A stretch of 64,000 nucleotides of DNA, taken from positions 14,891 through 78,890 of the forward strand of contig CAIPYM010000071.1 in NCBI GenBank assembly GCA_903869345.1, in the 5' to 3' direction. The translations under genes were made by a program, and so were the position numbers. Origin of the DNA: an uncultured Pseudomonadota bacterium. GTDB taxonomy: Bacteria > Pseudomonadota > Alphaproteobacteria > UBA9219. Below, one piece after another: positions 1 to 10,348 of this stretch (positions are counted from its first letter, which is position 1; each line of letters opens with the position of its first letter). The notes beneath the pieces are model-generated. The model saw only the letters and a program-made list of their open reading frames with translations. It was not told the DNA's origin and did not search any database.

Positions 1-104
1 TCTATCACCGGACGGCGGAGGATAGAAGATGGGCCGTTTGCGCGAAGGGCGGAGGGTTTGTAGGGTAGGGGGCTTTTCCCTTTGTTTCCCGGTAGGAGCT
101 TTGC

Positions 105-764
105 ATGAAGTTTTTTCTCGATACCGCCGACCTTGACGCGATTCGCGAGCTGAGCGCCACGGGGCTTGTGGACGGGGTGACGACGAATCCCTCGTTGGTC
201 GCCAAATCGGGGCACAAGGATTTCATCAGCCTCGTGCGAGCGATTGCGGCGCTGGTGCCGGGACCCGTGAGCGCGGAAGTGACCGCGAGCGAGGCCGAGC
301 CCATGCTGGCCCAAGGTCGGGCACTGGCGAGTCTCGCCCCGAACATCGCCGTGAAAGTGCCGCTGACGCCTGCGGGGTTGCGCGTGTGCAAGACCCTCAG
401 CGCCGAGGGCGTGAAGGTCAATGTGACGTTGTGCTTTTCGGCAGCTCAAGCGATCCTGGCCGCCAAAGCCGGGGCGACGTTTGTCTCGCCGTTTGTGGGC
501 AGGTTGGACGATATTGGCGAGGACGGGATGAGCCTGATTGCCGACATCGTGACGATTTTCAAGGCCTACCCCGCGTTTACAACCGAGGTGCTGGTGGCCT
601 CGGTTCGCGGGCCCGCGCATGTCGTGGCCGCCGCCAAGCTCGGGGCGCATGTGGCGACGCTGCCGCCCTCTACGTTGCGGCAAATGTTCGCCCACCCCCT
701 GACCACCTCCGGCCTCGCCCAGTTCACGGCGGATTGGGAGAAAGCAGGAATCCGCGAGGGGTGA
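105..764 (+). CDS. fsa: Transaldolase / fructose-6-phosphate aldolase family
   Basis: MKFFLDTA start, GVTTNPSL, Schiff-base Lys motif [18 protein letters not shown]; 219 aa. Confidence 0.92.
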   Translation: MKFFLDTADLDAIRELSATGLVDGVTTNPSLVAKSGHKDFISLVRAIAALVPGPVSAEVTASEAEPMLAQGRALASLAPNIAVKVPLTPAGLRVCKTLSAEGVKVNVTLCFSAAQAILAAKAGATFVSPFVGRLDDIGEDGMSLIADIVTIFKAYPAFTTEVLVASVRGPAHVVAAAKLGAHVATLPPSTLRQMFAHPLTTSGLAQFTADWEKAGIREG

Positions 765-925
765 GAGGGCGTATCGCAGGGTCTTTTCCGGCCCTTTGGG
801 TCTCCGCTTTCTCGCCATTATAGCGCGAGGCTGCGGATACCATCACGAAAGCGTTTTTGTTCTTGGTGGGCCGAGGGACATGGGGTTAGAATGCCCTCCG
901 CCAACGCCCCTCTTTTCCGGGAAGG

Positions 926-1828
926 ATGAAGACCATGGACCGACGCAGCTTTATGACCTTGATTTTGGCGAGCCTCGCGGGGGCAGCCTCGGGCGCAACC
1001 GTTGGGCCAACAACACACAAGGCCACCGAGCCTTCCGCCCAACGGGTGAAGGACCGCGCCGAACGCATTTTGGATACGCGTCAGATTCGCTGCGGGTACA
1101 TCCCCAACGGTCCTTCCCTTCGAGTCGATCCTTCGACAAAAGCCGTGTCTGGTATTTTTGCGGACATCACGCACCGTTTTGGCGAAATGGTTGCGTGGAA
1201 CGTTACATGGACCGAGGAAAGCACCTGGTCCACGTTTCCCACTGACTTGGGGACAGACCGATTCGACATCATGGTGTGTGGCATATGGCCGAACCCGAAC
1301 AGGGCTAAAGTCGTTGAGTTTTCCCATCCAGCGTTCTATTCGTCGGTGGAAGCCTACGTACGACCGGAAGACCATCGATTCGATAACGATCTAGGACGTC
1401 TGAACGATCCAACGGCGCGCATTGTGACGATTGACGGTGAGTTGGCGCAGTCGATTCAGGCCAGTGATTTTCCTCATGCTTCGGTTGTCAACCTCCCGAA
1501 CACCGCCGATCTCTCCTTGATGGCCGAGAACGTTGTGACCGGAAAAGCCGATGCTGCCTTTCTGGAACGATCCGTTGCCAAAGACTACATCGCCAAAAAC
1601 CCCGGACGGTTGCGGGCGGTCCCGCTGAAAAGGCCCCTGCGCGTCTTTGAAGACACGTGGGCGTGCGCTTTGGGGGCATCGTGGCTGAAACCGATTCTGG
1701 ACGTTGCCATGAAGGACATGACGAGCAGCGGGTACATGGACCGTCTGTTGGCTCAGCACCACGTGCGGGATTCCTTCTTGCTGCCGCGCCTTCCCTTTGA
1801 ACCCGCTGCGAGTGCTGGGGCGGCGTAA
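926..1828 (+). CDS. Solute-binding protein family 3 (amino-acid ABC-type) with Tat-like signal
   Basis: RRSF twin-Arg signal; IRCGY...SGIFADI, W..F..DL...RFDI, VEFSHP pattern of PBP type 2 proteins. Confidence 0.72.
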   Translation: MKTMDRRSFMTLILASLAGAASGATVGPTTHKATEPSAQRVKDRAERILDTRQIRCGYIPNGPSLRVDPSTKAVSGIFADITHRFGEMVAWNVTWTEESTWSTFPTDLGTDRFDIMVCGIWPNPNRAKVVEFSHPAFYSSVEAYVRPEDHRFDNDLGRLNDPTARIVTIDGELAQSIQASDFPHASVVNLPNTADLSLMAENVVTGKADAAFLERSVAKDYIAKNPGRLRAVPLKRPLRVFEDTWACALGASWLKPILDVAMKDMTSSGYMDRLLAQHHVRDSFLLPRLPFEPAASAGAA

Positions 1829-1869
1829 ACAAAGCTTTTTAACACCGCACGTCAAAGAAGGTGCAGCAT

Positions 1870-2324
1870 GACTCCCTCGCCCCCCGGAGGGGGAGAGGGC
1901 CCTGGTGAGGGGGACACGCACAGAACGTGCTGTCGCGCAAAACGCGTTGATTGTTCTCAGTACGCCTGTCCGATTCCCACCTCGTTGTTCCCCACACGTA
2001 GAACCAACTTCCGATAAAAGGGGCGTCGGTTTTCGGGCACGACGGTTGCGGAACGTGCGGCAGTGTCCCCTCTCCCCCCCGAGGGAGAGGGTTAGGGGGC
2101 GTAAAAACAAGGGATTCGTAAGATGTTCAGCACACTTTTTTGTTCAGGAACCCCTCACCCCGGCCTTCTCCCTCAAGGGGAGAGGGAGTCGCGCCGCGCC
2201 TCCTTCACGACCTGCACCTCACCTGATGGGACCACACGGTTTTCTTGGCTCCTGAGTAAAGTATGTTCATGTTTCGCCCCCTCCTCATCCCAACCCTCTC
2301 CCCCCTCCGGGGGGCGAGGGAGTC
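1870..2324. repeat. Cluster of four GC-rich palindromes bounded by ~30-bp inverted repeats (MITE-like)
   Basis: 1870-1899 GACTCCCTCGCCCCCCGGAGGGGGAGAGGG equals the reverse complement of 2294-2324 except for one G; internal palindromes at ~2066-2100 and ~2150-2200. Confidence 0.8.
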
Positions 2325-3934
2325 AGGCCTTCCCCTTCCTCGCCGCGTTTGTTCTCGGCCTTCTGACGGCGTTGGCGTTTCCGCCTTTTCATGCCGTGCC
2401 GCTGTTGCTGGTCACGTTCCCTGCTTTGGCGATGTTGATCCGGCAAACGCGCACAGGAGGAGGTGCGTTCGGTCTGGGTTGGTTGTTCGCGTTCGGTGAG
2501 ATGGGGGTCTCGTTCCATTGGATCGCCGGGGCGCTGTTCGTCGATATTCGGCAATTCTGGTGGGTCCTCCCGTTGGCGGTGATGGGGCTTCCGGCTCTCT
2601 TGGCGCTCGTCTACGGCGCGGCGACGGCAGCGGCCAAGCGGCTGGGGGTCGAAGGAACACGCGGCACCCTGACGTTGGCTCTGGTGTGGTTCGCGGCGGA
2701 AGAATCGCGGGCGCATCTTGTGACGGGCTTTCCCTGGGACCTTTTGGGGTATGTCTGGAGCGGCGTTCTCCCCGTCCTTCAAACCACGAGTCTCATCGGG
2801 ATCGAGGGGCTGACGTTTCTGACGATTCTTGCGGCTTTTGCGCCAGCGGCTCTGAGCCCTTGGCGACGTCGAGGTGACAATCCCACTCTGCCTTCGTCGC
2901 GCCGATCGGGGGTCGCTCTGGTTGGCCTCGGTGCCCTGCTTTTAGGGGGCCTTGCGGTTTGGGGCGTGGTGCGTTTGCAGTTGGCTCCCCTCCCCAACGA
3001 AAACGTTGTGCCGGGGGCGCGGTTGCGCTTGGTGCAACCCGGAACCGAGCAGGCGTTGAAGTGGGTACCGGGGCAACGCGAGGCCAACCTCGATTCGCTG
3101 GTGGTGTTGTCCGTCACGTCCCCCGTCGGCACGCCGCCCACGCACATCCTGTGGCCCGAAACCGCGACGGCGTTTTATTTGATGGAAATGCCCGAGGTCC
3201 GGGCCCGGATCATGGATCGGTTGCGTGCGGTCGCGCCCTCGGCTTACCTGTTGACGGGAGCCGTGCGCCACCGATTTCCGAACGAACTGTCCGCCGTTGC
3301 TGCACCGTCAAGGCTCGAACGCCCCACCTACACCAACGCGCTTCTGGTTCTGGACCCTCATGGGAACGTCGTCGGCGCTTACGACAAGGCGCATCTTGTC
3401 CCCTTTGGCGAGTATATTCCCTTCCGTGCGTTTTTGCCCGTATGGGCGACCTCGGCGGTGGGGATGGATTTCACGGCGGGCGAGGGGCCGCGTACGCTCC
3501 GCGTCCCCGGCGTTCCTCCGTTCAGCCCGCTCGTGTGCTACGAGGCGATTTTCGCAGGCGCGGCGCTCGACCCCGAGGACCGTCCAGGTTGGTTGCTGAA
3601 TGTCACCAACGATGCCTGGTACCACGGCACCATCGGTCCGGCGCAGCATTGGGCCATGGCCGCCGCCCGCGCGGTCGAGGAAGGGGTGCCTCTCGTGCGC
3701 GTGGCGAACGAGGGCTTCACGGGAATCGTGGATCCGTGGGGGCGCGTGACGGCGCGCATAGGTCCTGAATCGCCCGCTGTGCTGGACGCCGATCTGCCCC
3801 GCGCTTTGGCCGTGCCGACGCTTTTTGAGCGCGGGGGGCGTTGGGCCCCGTTGATCCTGGGCGGTGCCCTCGCGCTCGGTCTTGCCTTGGCGCGGGGGCT
3901 TCAGGGCCGTGCGCGACGGGGCGTCAAGCTATGA
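2123..3934 (+). CDS. lnt: Apolipoprotein N-acyltransferase (start uncertain, N-terminus overlaps repeats)
   Basis: GFPWDLLGY; catalytic triad motifs WPETA, YDKAHLVPFGEY, VCYEAIF; NVTNDAWY. Confidence 0.93.
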   Translation: MFSTLFCSGTPHPGLLPQGERESRRASFTTCTSPDGTTRFSWLLSKVCSCFAPSSSQPSPPSGGRGSQAFPFLAAFVLGLLTALAFPPFHAVPLLLVTFPALAMLIRQTRTGGGAFGLGWLFAFGEMGVSFHWIAGALFVDIRQFWWVLPLAVMGLPALLALVYGAATAAAKRLGVEGTRGTLTLALVWFAAEESRAHLVTGFPWDLLGYVWSGVLPVLQTTSLIGIEGLTFLTILAAFAPAALSPWRRRGDNPTLPSSRRSGVALVGLGALLLGGLAVWGVVRLQLAPLPNENVVPGARLRLVQPGTEQALKWVPGQREANLDSLVVLSVTSPVGTPPTHILWPETATAFYLMEMPEVRARIMDRLRAVAPSAYLLTGAVRHRFPNELSAVAAPSRLERPTYTNALLVLDPHGNVVGAYDKAHLVPFGEYIPFRAFLPVWATSAVGMDFTAGEGPRTLRVPGVPPFSPLVCYEAIFAGAALDPEDRPGWLLNVTNDAWYHGTIGPAQHWAMAAARAVEEGVPLVRVANEGFTGIVDPWGRVTARIGPESPAVLDADLPRALAVPTLFERGGRWAPLILGGALALGLALARGLQGRARRGVKL

Positions 3935-4926
3935 ACAAAAACCCCGCTACTTCCGATGCTTGCAGGCCTCCCCTCATCCTGATTGGCGGGCCGACGGCCT
4001 CGGGCAAATCGGCGCTGGCGTTAGCGTGGGCGAAAAAAATCGGTGGGACGATCCTCAACGCCGACGCGATGCAGGTGTATGCGGGCGCTCCTCGGTTGAC
4101 GGCCCAGCCCTCGGCGGAGGCGCGAGCGTCGGTGCCGCATGACCTTTATGGGTTCGTGGACCCCGCTGAGCCGTTTTCGGTCGGGCGGTGGTTGCCGGAG
4201 GTTCACAAAGCCCTGACGCGTTGTGCTGAAGCGGGGCGCGTACCCATTGTCGTCGGCGGCACGGGGCTTTACCTGAAGGCCCTTGTTGAGGGCCTTGCGC
4301 CCATTCCTGACGTGCCGCCCGAGGTCCGCGCCGAGGCGCGGGCGCTGGAGGCCGAGGGGGGTGTCCAGGCTCTGCGGGCGGCAATGGGTCAACGGGGGCT
4401 GACGGAGGAGGAATCCGCTGCGCTCCCTTCGGACCGTCAGCGCCTTTTGCGGGCGTACGAAGTTTTGCTCACGACGGGCAAGACGTTGGCGTGGTGGAAA
4501 ACCCAGCCGCCTCGGGGAGGTGTCGCGGAGCGCTATGACGTGCGCGGGTTTCTGGTTCTCCCCCCGCGTGAGGAGGTCTATGCCGCGTGTGATCGGCGCT
4601 TGGTGCGGATGGTGGAGGAGGGCGCTCTGGACGAGGTGCGCGAGCTTCAGGCGCGGAGGTTGGACCCCGCCGTGCCCGCCTCCAAAATCCTGGGCCTTCG
4701 GGAGTTCGGGCGTTTCGTGGACGGCGCGTGTTCGTTGCAGGCCGCCTTGAGGGAAACGCAACTCGCCACGCGGCATTACGCCAAACGGCAGCGGACGTGG
4801 TTCGTGCATCAAGAGCTGGTCTCGCCCATTGACACGTCCCCCGTTCCCTCCCAGAGAATCGAACACGTGATTGCCGGAGAGCGCGATGCCGAAGCCTTCC
4901 TTATCCCAGATTCTTGCGCCCTATGA
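3931..4926 (+). CDS. miaA: tRNA dimethylallyltransferase
   Basis: GGPTASGKS, NADAMQVY, VGGTGLY, TRHYAKRQRTW; ATGA overlap with lnt stop. Confidence 0.93.
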   Translation: MNKNPATSDACRPPLILIGGPTASGKSALALAWAKKIGGTILNADAMQVYAGAPRLTAQPSAEARASVPHDLYGFVDPAEPFSVGRWLPEVHKALTRCAEAGRVPIVVGGTGLYLKALVEGLAPIPDVPPEVRAEARALEAEGGVQALRAAMGQRGLTEEESAALPSDRQRLLRAYEVLLTTGKTLAWWKTQPPRGGVAERYDVRGFLVLPPREEVYAACDRRLVRMVEEGALDEVRELQARRLDPAVPASKILGLREFGRFVDGACSLQAALRETQLATRHYAKRQRTWFVHQELVSPIDTSPVPSQRIEHVIAGERDAEAFLIPDSCAL

Positions 4927-5521
4927 GGCCGACCCCGAGGGGTACAGCCGTTTGTGGCGGCAGGCGACCAGCGAAGAGGCCCTGCGGCTTTTTCTTCCGT
5001 TTTTTCCTCTGCCTCCCTGTCGGGGGGTGGATATTGGGGCGGGCGATGGGCGCGACGCGACGTTTTTGGCGCACAGGGGTTACACGATGACGGCGGTGGA
5101 GCCCTCGGCGGCCCTGCGGCGGTTTGCTCAGCAACGCCCCGACGCGAACTCCGCCGTGACGTGGGTGGACGACGCGTTGCCCGATCTTTGGAACGTCCGA
5201 CGCAGTGTGCCTGAAGCGAGATTTCGGTTTGCTCTCCTCTCGTCGGTTTTGATGCACGTGCCGGAAGACGACCACGATTCGGCCATGGTGGCGTTGAGCG
5301 CGATTCTGGAACCGTGCGGGCGCGTGTTCCTCAGTTTGCGGCAACAAACCGATCCGGCCCGCCTGATGTTTCCAACGACAGTCGCGACGTTAACCCCGAA
5401 GATTCAAAGGGCGGGGTTGCGGATTGTCCACGCGGTTGAAAACCTGCCCTCGTCGTGGCGGGGCGGTTCGGTGGGTGTCCCAACGTGGGACTTTTTGGTG
5501 CTGGAGAAAGGGGCCTTATGA
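4886..5521 (+). CDS. Class I SAM-dependent methyltransferase
   Basis: VDIGAGDGRDA motif I, AVEPS, VDDALP; GGAG RBS before 4886. Confidence 0.8.
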   Translation: MPKPSLSQILAPYEADPEGYSRLWRQATSEEALRLFLPFFPLPPCRGVDIGAGDGRDATFLAHRGYTMTAVEPSAALRRFAQQRPDANSAVTWVDDALPDLWNVRRSVPEARFRFALLSSVLMHVPEDDHDSAMVALSAILEPCGRVFLSLRQQTDPARLMFPTTVATLTPKIQRAGLRIVHAVENLPSSWRGGSVGVPTWDFLVLEKGAL

Positions 5522-5682
5522 GGGACGTCCCGACGGTGCTTTTGGCCCTTTTTCTTGTACGATTTTTCTTGCTTTTGGGTCGAAAGGGGCCTATAGACAA
5601 ACGCATGGATAACTGCGCCCGCGCTTCAGCCTGAAGACGCGGGTTTTTTGTTGGGTTTCCGGATCCGAGGCCTTCGAATCCC

Positions 5683-6804
5683 ATGCTGATGTACCTCCTC
5701 CGTCGCCTTGCGCTGATCGTTCCGACTCTGTTTGGAATCATGGCGCTGAATTTCCTGATTGTGCAGGCCGCTCCGGGCGGACCGATTGAGCAAATCGTTG
5801 CGCGGCTTCAAGGAAACGCGGTGGAAGCGACGGTGCGTTTCGGGGGTGGTTCGGGCGGAGAGACGCAAGCTCCAGGCATGGCGGACCGTGGGCACGAGGC
5901 GGCGGTGGGGGCGACTTCTAGCCGTTACCGGGGGGCGCAGGGCGTGGACCCCGAGCTTATTCACGAGCTGGAGGTTCAGTTCGGGTTCGACAAGCCGCTC
6001 TATGAACGTTTTGGGACCATGATGGGCCGTTACCTGCGGTTTGATTTCGGCACGTCCTATTTTCGGGACGAACGCGTGATGGATCTGGTCGCAAGCAAAC
6101 TGCCGGTTTCGATCTCGCTGGGGCTTTGGACGACGCTGCTCGTTTACCTGGTGTCCATCCCGCTTGGCATTCGCAAAGCCGTGAAGGACGGAACGCCCTT
6201 TGATGCGCTCTCCAGCGCGGTGGTGATTGTCGGGCACGCGATCCCAAGTTTTCTGTTCGCGGTTGTGCTGGTGGTTCTGTTCGCGGGCGGGCGGTACGCG
6301 GATTGGTTTCCGCTTCGGGGACTCGTGTCGGAAAATTGGGCAGATTTGGCGTGGCCCGCGCGCATTGCCGATTACTTTTGGCACATCACGTTGCCCATCA
6401 CGGCGTTGGTGATTGGTGGGTTTGCGAGTCTCACGCTGCTCACCAAAAACGCGTTTCTGGACGAGATTCACAAACAATACGTCCTGACCGCTCGCGCCAA
6501 GGGGTTGACCGAGCGCCGCGTGCTTTACGGGCATGTGTTTCGCAACGCGATGCTGATTGTGATCGCGGGATTCCCGGCGGCGTTTGTCGGAATTTTGTTC
6601 ACCGGCGCACTGCTGATCGAGGTGATTTTCTCGTTGGATGGCTTGGGCCTTTTGGGGTTTGAGGCCGCGATGAATCGCGATTATCCCGTGATGTTCGGAA
6701 CGCTGTATGTCTTCACGCTGGTGGGGCTTGTGACCAACCTGGTGGGGGACATGCTCTACATGGTGACGGACCCGCGCATTGATTTTGACGTGAGGCGGGC
6801 ATGA
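5683..6804 (+). CDS. yejB: Peptide (microcin C-type) ABC transporter permease YejB
   Basis: [42 protein letters not shown] loop [21 protein letters not shown]. Confidence 0.9.
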   Translation: MLMYLLRRLALIVPTLFGIMALNFLIVQAAPGGPIEQIVARLQGNAVEATVRFGGGSGGETQAPGMADRGHEAAVGATSSRYRGAQGVDPELIHELEVQFGFDKPLYERFGTMMGRYLRFDFGTSYFRDERVMDLVASKLPVSISLGLWTTLLVYLVSIPLGIRKAVKDGTPFDALSSAVVIVGHAIPSFLFAVVLVVLFAGGRYADWFPLRGLVSENWADLAWPARIADYFWHITLPITALVIGGFASLTLLTKNAFLDEIHKQYVLTARAKGLTERRVLYGHVFRNAMLIVIAGFPAAFVGILFTGALLIEVIFSLDGLGLLGFEAAMNRDYPVMFGTLYVFTLVGLVTNLVGDMLYMVTDPRIDFDVRRA

Positions 6805-7535
6805 CATCGGCGGGGGGCGATGAACGCCGGGGTTGGGCGCTGGTGACAGGTGCGGCGCGGCGGCTGGGGCGGAGGACGGCGTGGGCGTTGGCGGAAAAGG
6901 GGTGGGACATCGTTCTGCACGCTCGGCAGGAGGATGACGATTTGCGGCAGACGGCGGAGGTTGTTCGGGCCTTGGGGGGCCGGGTCGCTGTCGTTCAGGC
7001 CGATCTGACTCGGCCCGAGGACGTGGAGGCTTTGTGCGCGTTGGGGGCGAAGCTGGATGGGCCGCTGACGGCGCTGGTGAATAACGCGGCGTTGTTTGTG
7101 CCGGATACCGAGGACCCGGATGGCTCCCGGCATCGTGGAATCAACCTGGAGGTTCCCTTGCGTCTCAGCGCGTGGATTCAGGAGAGGGCGGCGCTGCACG
7201 GGAATGAAGCGGCTATCGTGAACCTGCTGGACGGTACCGAGGCACCACCGACGTTTCAGGCCTACGGAGCCAGCAAACAGGCGCTCCGCCGCGCGACGTT
7301 GGACTTGGCCCGGACCTACGCGCCGAGGGTTCGGGTGAACGGCGTTGATCCTGGGCCGATCTTACCAAGCCCCCGTGAAAGTGCGACGCATTTTCAGGCG
7401 CTTCTGGAGGCAACCCCCCTTCGGCGGCCCCTTCCGCCCGAAGCGGTGGGCGAGGCGGTTGCGTTCTTGCTCATGAACCCGGCCCTGACGGGCGTGATCC
7501 TTCCTGTGGACGGCGGGGCACATTTGATGCGTTAG
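6801..7535 (+). CDS. SDR family oxidoreductase (pteridine-reductase-like)
   Basis: [21 protein letters not shown] (YxxxK), [13 protein letters not shown]. Confidence 0.82.
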   Translation: MTSAGGDERRGWALVTGAARRLGRRTAWALAEKGWDIVLHARQEDDDLRQTAEVVRALGGRVAVVQADLTRPEDVEALCALGAKLDGPLTALVNNAALFVPDTEDPDGSRHRGINLEVPLRLSAWIQERAALHGNEAAIVNLLDGTEAPPTFQAYGASKQALRRATLDLARTYAPRVRVNGVDPGPILPSPRESATHFQALLEATPLRRPLPPEAVGEAVAFLLMNPALTGVILPVDGGAHLMR

Positions 7536-8428
7536 GACTCAGAATCGGGATCCAGGCCCATCGCCTCGGGCGGCGCGGGGGTGGGTTCGATCCAACGGGC
7601 GGCGAGGATGGACCCTTCGTAGAGCAGCAAAAGCGGGACGGCCAAGCAGAGCTGGCTGACGACGTCGGGGGGCGTGAGGACGGCGGCCACCACGAACGCG
7701 AGGACAATGGCGTAGCGTCGGAAACGTTTGAGCGTCATGGACGAGAGAATCTTCGCCCTGATGAGCATCAACAAAAGGACCGGAAGCTGAAACGCGATCC
7801 CGAACGCGAGAAGGAGAGTCATGGAAAGCGACAGGTATTCGCTGACGCGGGCTTCCAGCTGAATGGGCAGGTTCTCGGGCCCGGCGGGGGATTCGAACCC
7901 GAGGAAAAAACGCCACGCGAGGGGAAACACGAAAAAATACGCGAGAGCCGCGCCCGTGAGGAAAAGCAGGGGTGAGGCGATCAAAAAGCCGAGGAAAACG
8001 GGCCGTTCGTCGCGGTAAAGGCCGGGTGCGACAAAGAGCCACAGTTGCCAAGCGATCACGGGGAGGGCGAAAAACGTTCCTCCCCAGAGCGCCAGTTTGA
8101 GGTACGTGACGAAGGCCTCGGTCAGGCCCGTGTAGATCATGCGGCGCGGCTCACTGGCCCCCGCATCGGCCAGCGGTTGCGCGAGGAACGCGTAAATCTC
8201 GGGCGCAAAAAGGTACGCAAGGCACGATCCTGCTAACAGGGCCCCGAAACAGATGATGAGGCGCTTGCGTGCTTCGATCAGATGCTCCAGCAGCGTCTGC
8301 CGTGCGAGCGGTGCACCTGGGTCCTCAGCGGGTCCTTCGGGGCCGTCGTTGAGGGGGGCTTCGGCGGCCTGCGCCTTGAGGACGTCCAAGCTCTCAAAAT
8401 TCGCGGGATCCAAGGCTTCGGGGCTCAT
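7532..8428 (-). CDS. tatC: Twin-arginine translocase TatC
   Basis: LLEHLIEARKRL, FVAPGLYRDE, FGIAFQLP, LTPPDVVSQ. Confidence 0.95.
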   Translation of the reverse strand: MSPEALDPANFESLDVLKAQAAEAPLNDGPEGPAEDPGAPLARQTLLEHLIEARKRLIICFGALLAGSCLAYLFAPEIYAFLAQPLADAGASEPRRMIYTGLTEAFVTYLKLALWGGTFFALPVIAWQLWLFVAPGLYRDERPVFLGFLIASPLLFLTGAALAYFFVFPLAWRFFLGFESPAGPENLPIQLEARVSEYLSLSMTLLLAFGIAFQLPVLLLMLIRAKILSSMTLKRFRRYAIVLAFVVAAVLTPPDVVSQLCLAVPLLLLYEGSILAARWIEPTPAPPEAMGLDPDSES

Positions 8429-8760
8429 GGCGCTGAACCCCCGGTTGGAGGTGGGGCCGGGTCGGGAGGGGGTGGGGAAGGGGAGGGCGCAGGGACCCCA
8501 AAATCAGAGGCCGGGGGAAGTGCGTCGGGTGAAGGTTTGGCGGAGCGTGGTCGGGAGGGAGGAGCGGGAGGCGGTTCGGGTTCGCGAGCGACCTCGTCGC
8601 TCATGGTCTCAAACGCGGCTCGAAGATCCCCCAACGTTCGGCGTGCGGCGCGGGTCCAACGTCCAAGCCTGTGCGCGACACGCGGCAGGTCGCGCGGCCC
8701 GAGGACGACCAGCGCGACGATCCCGATGACCAGCAGTTCGCCTCCGCCAAATCCGAACAT
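8425..8760 (-). CDS. tatB: Twin-arginine translocase TatB
   Basis: MFGFGGGELLVIGIVALVVLGPRDLP; Pro-rich tail; between tatA and tatC. Confidence 0.92.
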   Translation of the reverse strand: MFGFGGGELLVIGIVALVVLGPRDLPRVAHRLGRWTRAARRTLGDLRAAFETMSDEVAREPEPPPAPPSRPRSAKPSPDALPPASDFGVPAPSPSPPPPDPAPPPTGGSAP

Positions 8761-8765
8761 GGTTC

Positions 8766-9023
8766 TTAAGCCGACGGAGGAGGTGAATCGGAGGACGGCG
8801 GTCCCGGCACGCGGGGAGGGGCCTCCCGTTCGGTCACGCGATCAACCGGGGGCGGCGAGGCGAGGGTGGAAGAAGGGGGCGGGAGGGGGTCGTTGTTCAG
8901 CCCTGCCTTGAAATTGCGCAGGCCCTTGCCAAGATCACCCATGACGTTCGGCAGCTTGCCCGCTCCGAACACCACCAGCACAACCAAAAGGACAACCAGA
9001 AGATGCCAAAGACTGAAACCCAC
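8766..9023 (-). CDS. tatA: Twin-arginine translocase TatA
   Basis: SLWHLLVVLLVVLVVFGAGKLPNVMGDLGKGLRNFK. Confidence 0.95.
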   Translation of the reverse strand: MGFSLWHLLVVLLVVLVVFGAGKLPNVMGDLGKGLRNFKAGLNNDPLPPPSSTLASPPPVDRVTEREAPPRVPGPPSSDSPPPSA

Positions 9024-9168
9024 GGGGACTCTCCTTCGCCCTTAAACCAACGGCCTTCGGCATCCTACCAAACCCCCCGGAGGGGGGCAAACACCCTTCG
9101 CCGCCCTCGTCCAGCAAAAGGCCAACCGAGTTCACCCCAACAGACAGGCACGACGTAAGTGTTTTGGC

Positions 9169-9543
9169 TTAACGTCCCATGTGACTCGCGATGAGCCCAA
9201 GTCCCACCATGGTCAAAATGATTCCCAACCCCATCACGCTGTCCATCTTCTCGCGGAGAACGCTGAGGCCATAAACGAGCAGAACCGTCTGAGTCAGTGA
9301 TGTGATCAGAAGGTACGCGAGACCAACGGGCAAGCGTTGCAGGGCGAGGCCATAAAAGACAAAGGCGGCCATGTAAAAAGACAGCGCCGCGCCGCCAAAA
9401 GCGAGGGTTGGCAACGGTAAGAAGGGGAAGGCGTTGAGCACCGACAGCGGAGTCTGCACCGCTTGCCGCAACAAAAGCGTCGCCAAGCTGTTCGCCAGAA
9501 CAGCGCCACCAACCAGCACCCCAACGGGCAGAGCGGGAATCAT
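9169..9543 (-). CDS. Small DMT/SMR-family membrane protein
   Basis: Four hydrophobic segments, LQRLPVGLAY, LREK...GLGIILTMVG; ATG overlaps the upstream stop (TGATG). Confidence 0.6.
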   Translation of the reverse strand: MIPALPVGVLVGGAVLANSLATLLLRQAVQTPLSVLNAFPFLPLPTLAFGGAALSFYMAAFVFYGLALQRLPVGLAYLLITSLTQTVLLVYGLSVLREKMDSVMGLGIILTMVGLGLIASHMGR

Positions 9544-10199
9544 CACGGGCGTTTTTCCAAAACGAGCCATTCGTGGGCGTAGGCCAGGTACCGCTTGGCC
9601 CCTTGGCGCAGTGTGCGCAGCCCCGCCTCGGCCGCCCAACCTTGAACACGGGCCAGAGGGACATGGTGGATGATCTGCCGCGCCACGACAAAATCGTGCA
9701 GACCATTCACCGCTGCGTAGCCCAAGGGTTGCGCGGCCATATCTTTGTAGATCAAACGTCCTCGGGGGGCCAAGCGCGAAGCGGCCGCGAGGAACAGTTT
9801 TTGTTGCTGAAGACGGGGGACGTGGTGCAAAACATCCACCATCAAAATCACGTCGTGCACGTCCGAGGGCAAGGAGTCGACCCCGGTGATACGATCAAAC
9901 GTGAGATGCGAAAAGCCAAACCGCGTGGCAACGCGTTGGGCGATGGCCAACGCTGCCGGGTTGATATCCACCCCTTGCCCCGAGGCGATTTTTTTGCGGT
10001 GCGCGAGCACGTTCAACAACAGCCCATTGCCGCAGCCGATGTCGAGAACGCGGGCCGAGGTGGGCAGCACCTCGTTCAGCACTTCGTCAAAAGGACAAAT
10101 CAAAGGGCGCAAGGCACCGAGCAATCGCTGGGACCACGGGGCCTGTCCGTAAAGAACAGCGATATCATGGCGCAGGGCCAATGTGTTTTTATTGAACAT
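9543..10199 (-). CDS. Class I SAM-dependent methyltransferase
   Basis: VLDIGCGNGLL, GVDIN, DVILMVDVLHHVP. Confidence 0.82.
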   Translation of the reverse strand: MFNKNTLALRHDIAVLYGQAPWSQRLLGALRPLICPFDEVLNEVLPTSARVLDIGCGNGLLLNVLAHRKKIASGQGVDINPAALAIAQRVATRFGFSHLTFDRITGVDSLPSDVHDVILMVDVLHHVPRLQQQKLFLAAASRLAPRGRLIYKDMAAQPLGYAAVNGLHDFVVARQIIHHVPLARVQGWAAEAGLRTLRQGAKRYLAYAHEWLVLEKRP

Positions 10200-10348
10200 G
10201 CGTCACCCGGACAAAACTCACCGCCCCCTCGCCAAGGGCCAAAAACCTCATCCCCCCTCTCTTGGGGAGATTCTCCCATGGATGAAGACTTGACTTCAAG
10301 GGCCTGTAAACGTTCAGCAAAAGGAGACTCGAGAAGGGTATCAAACGG

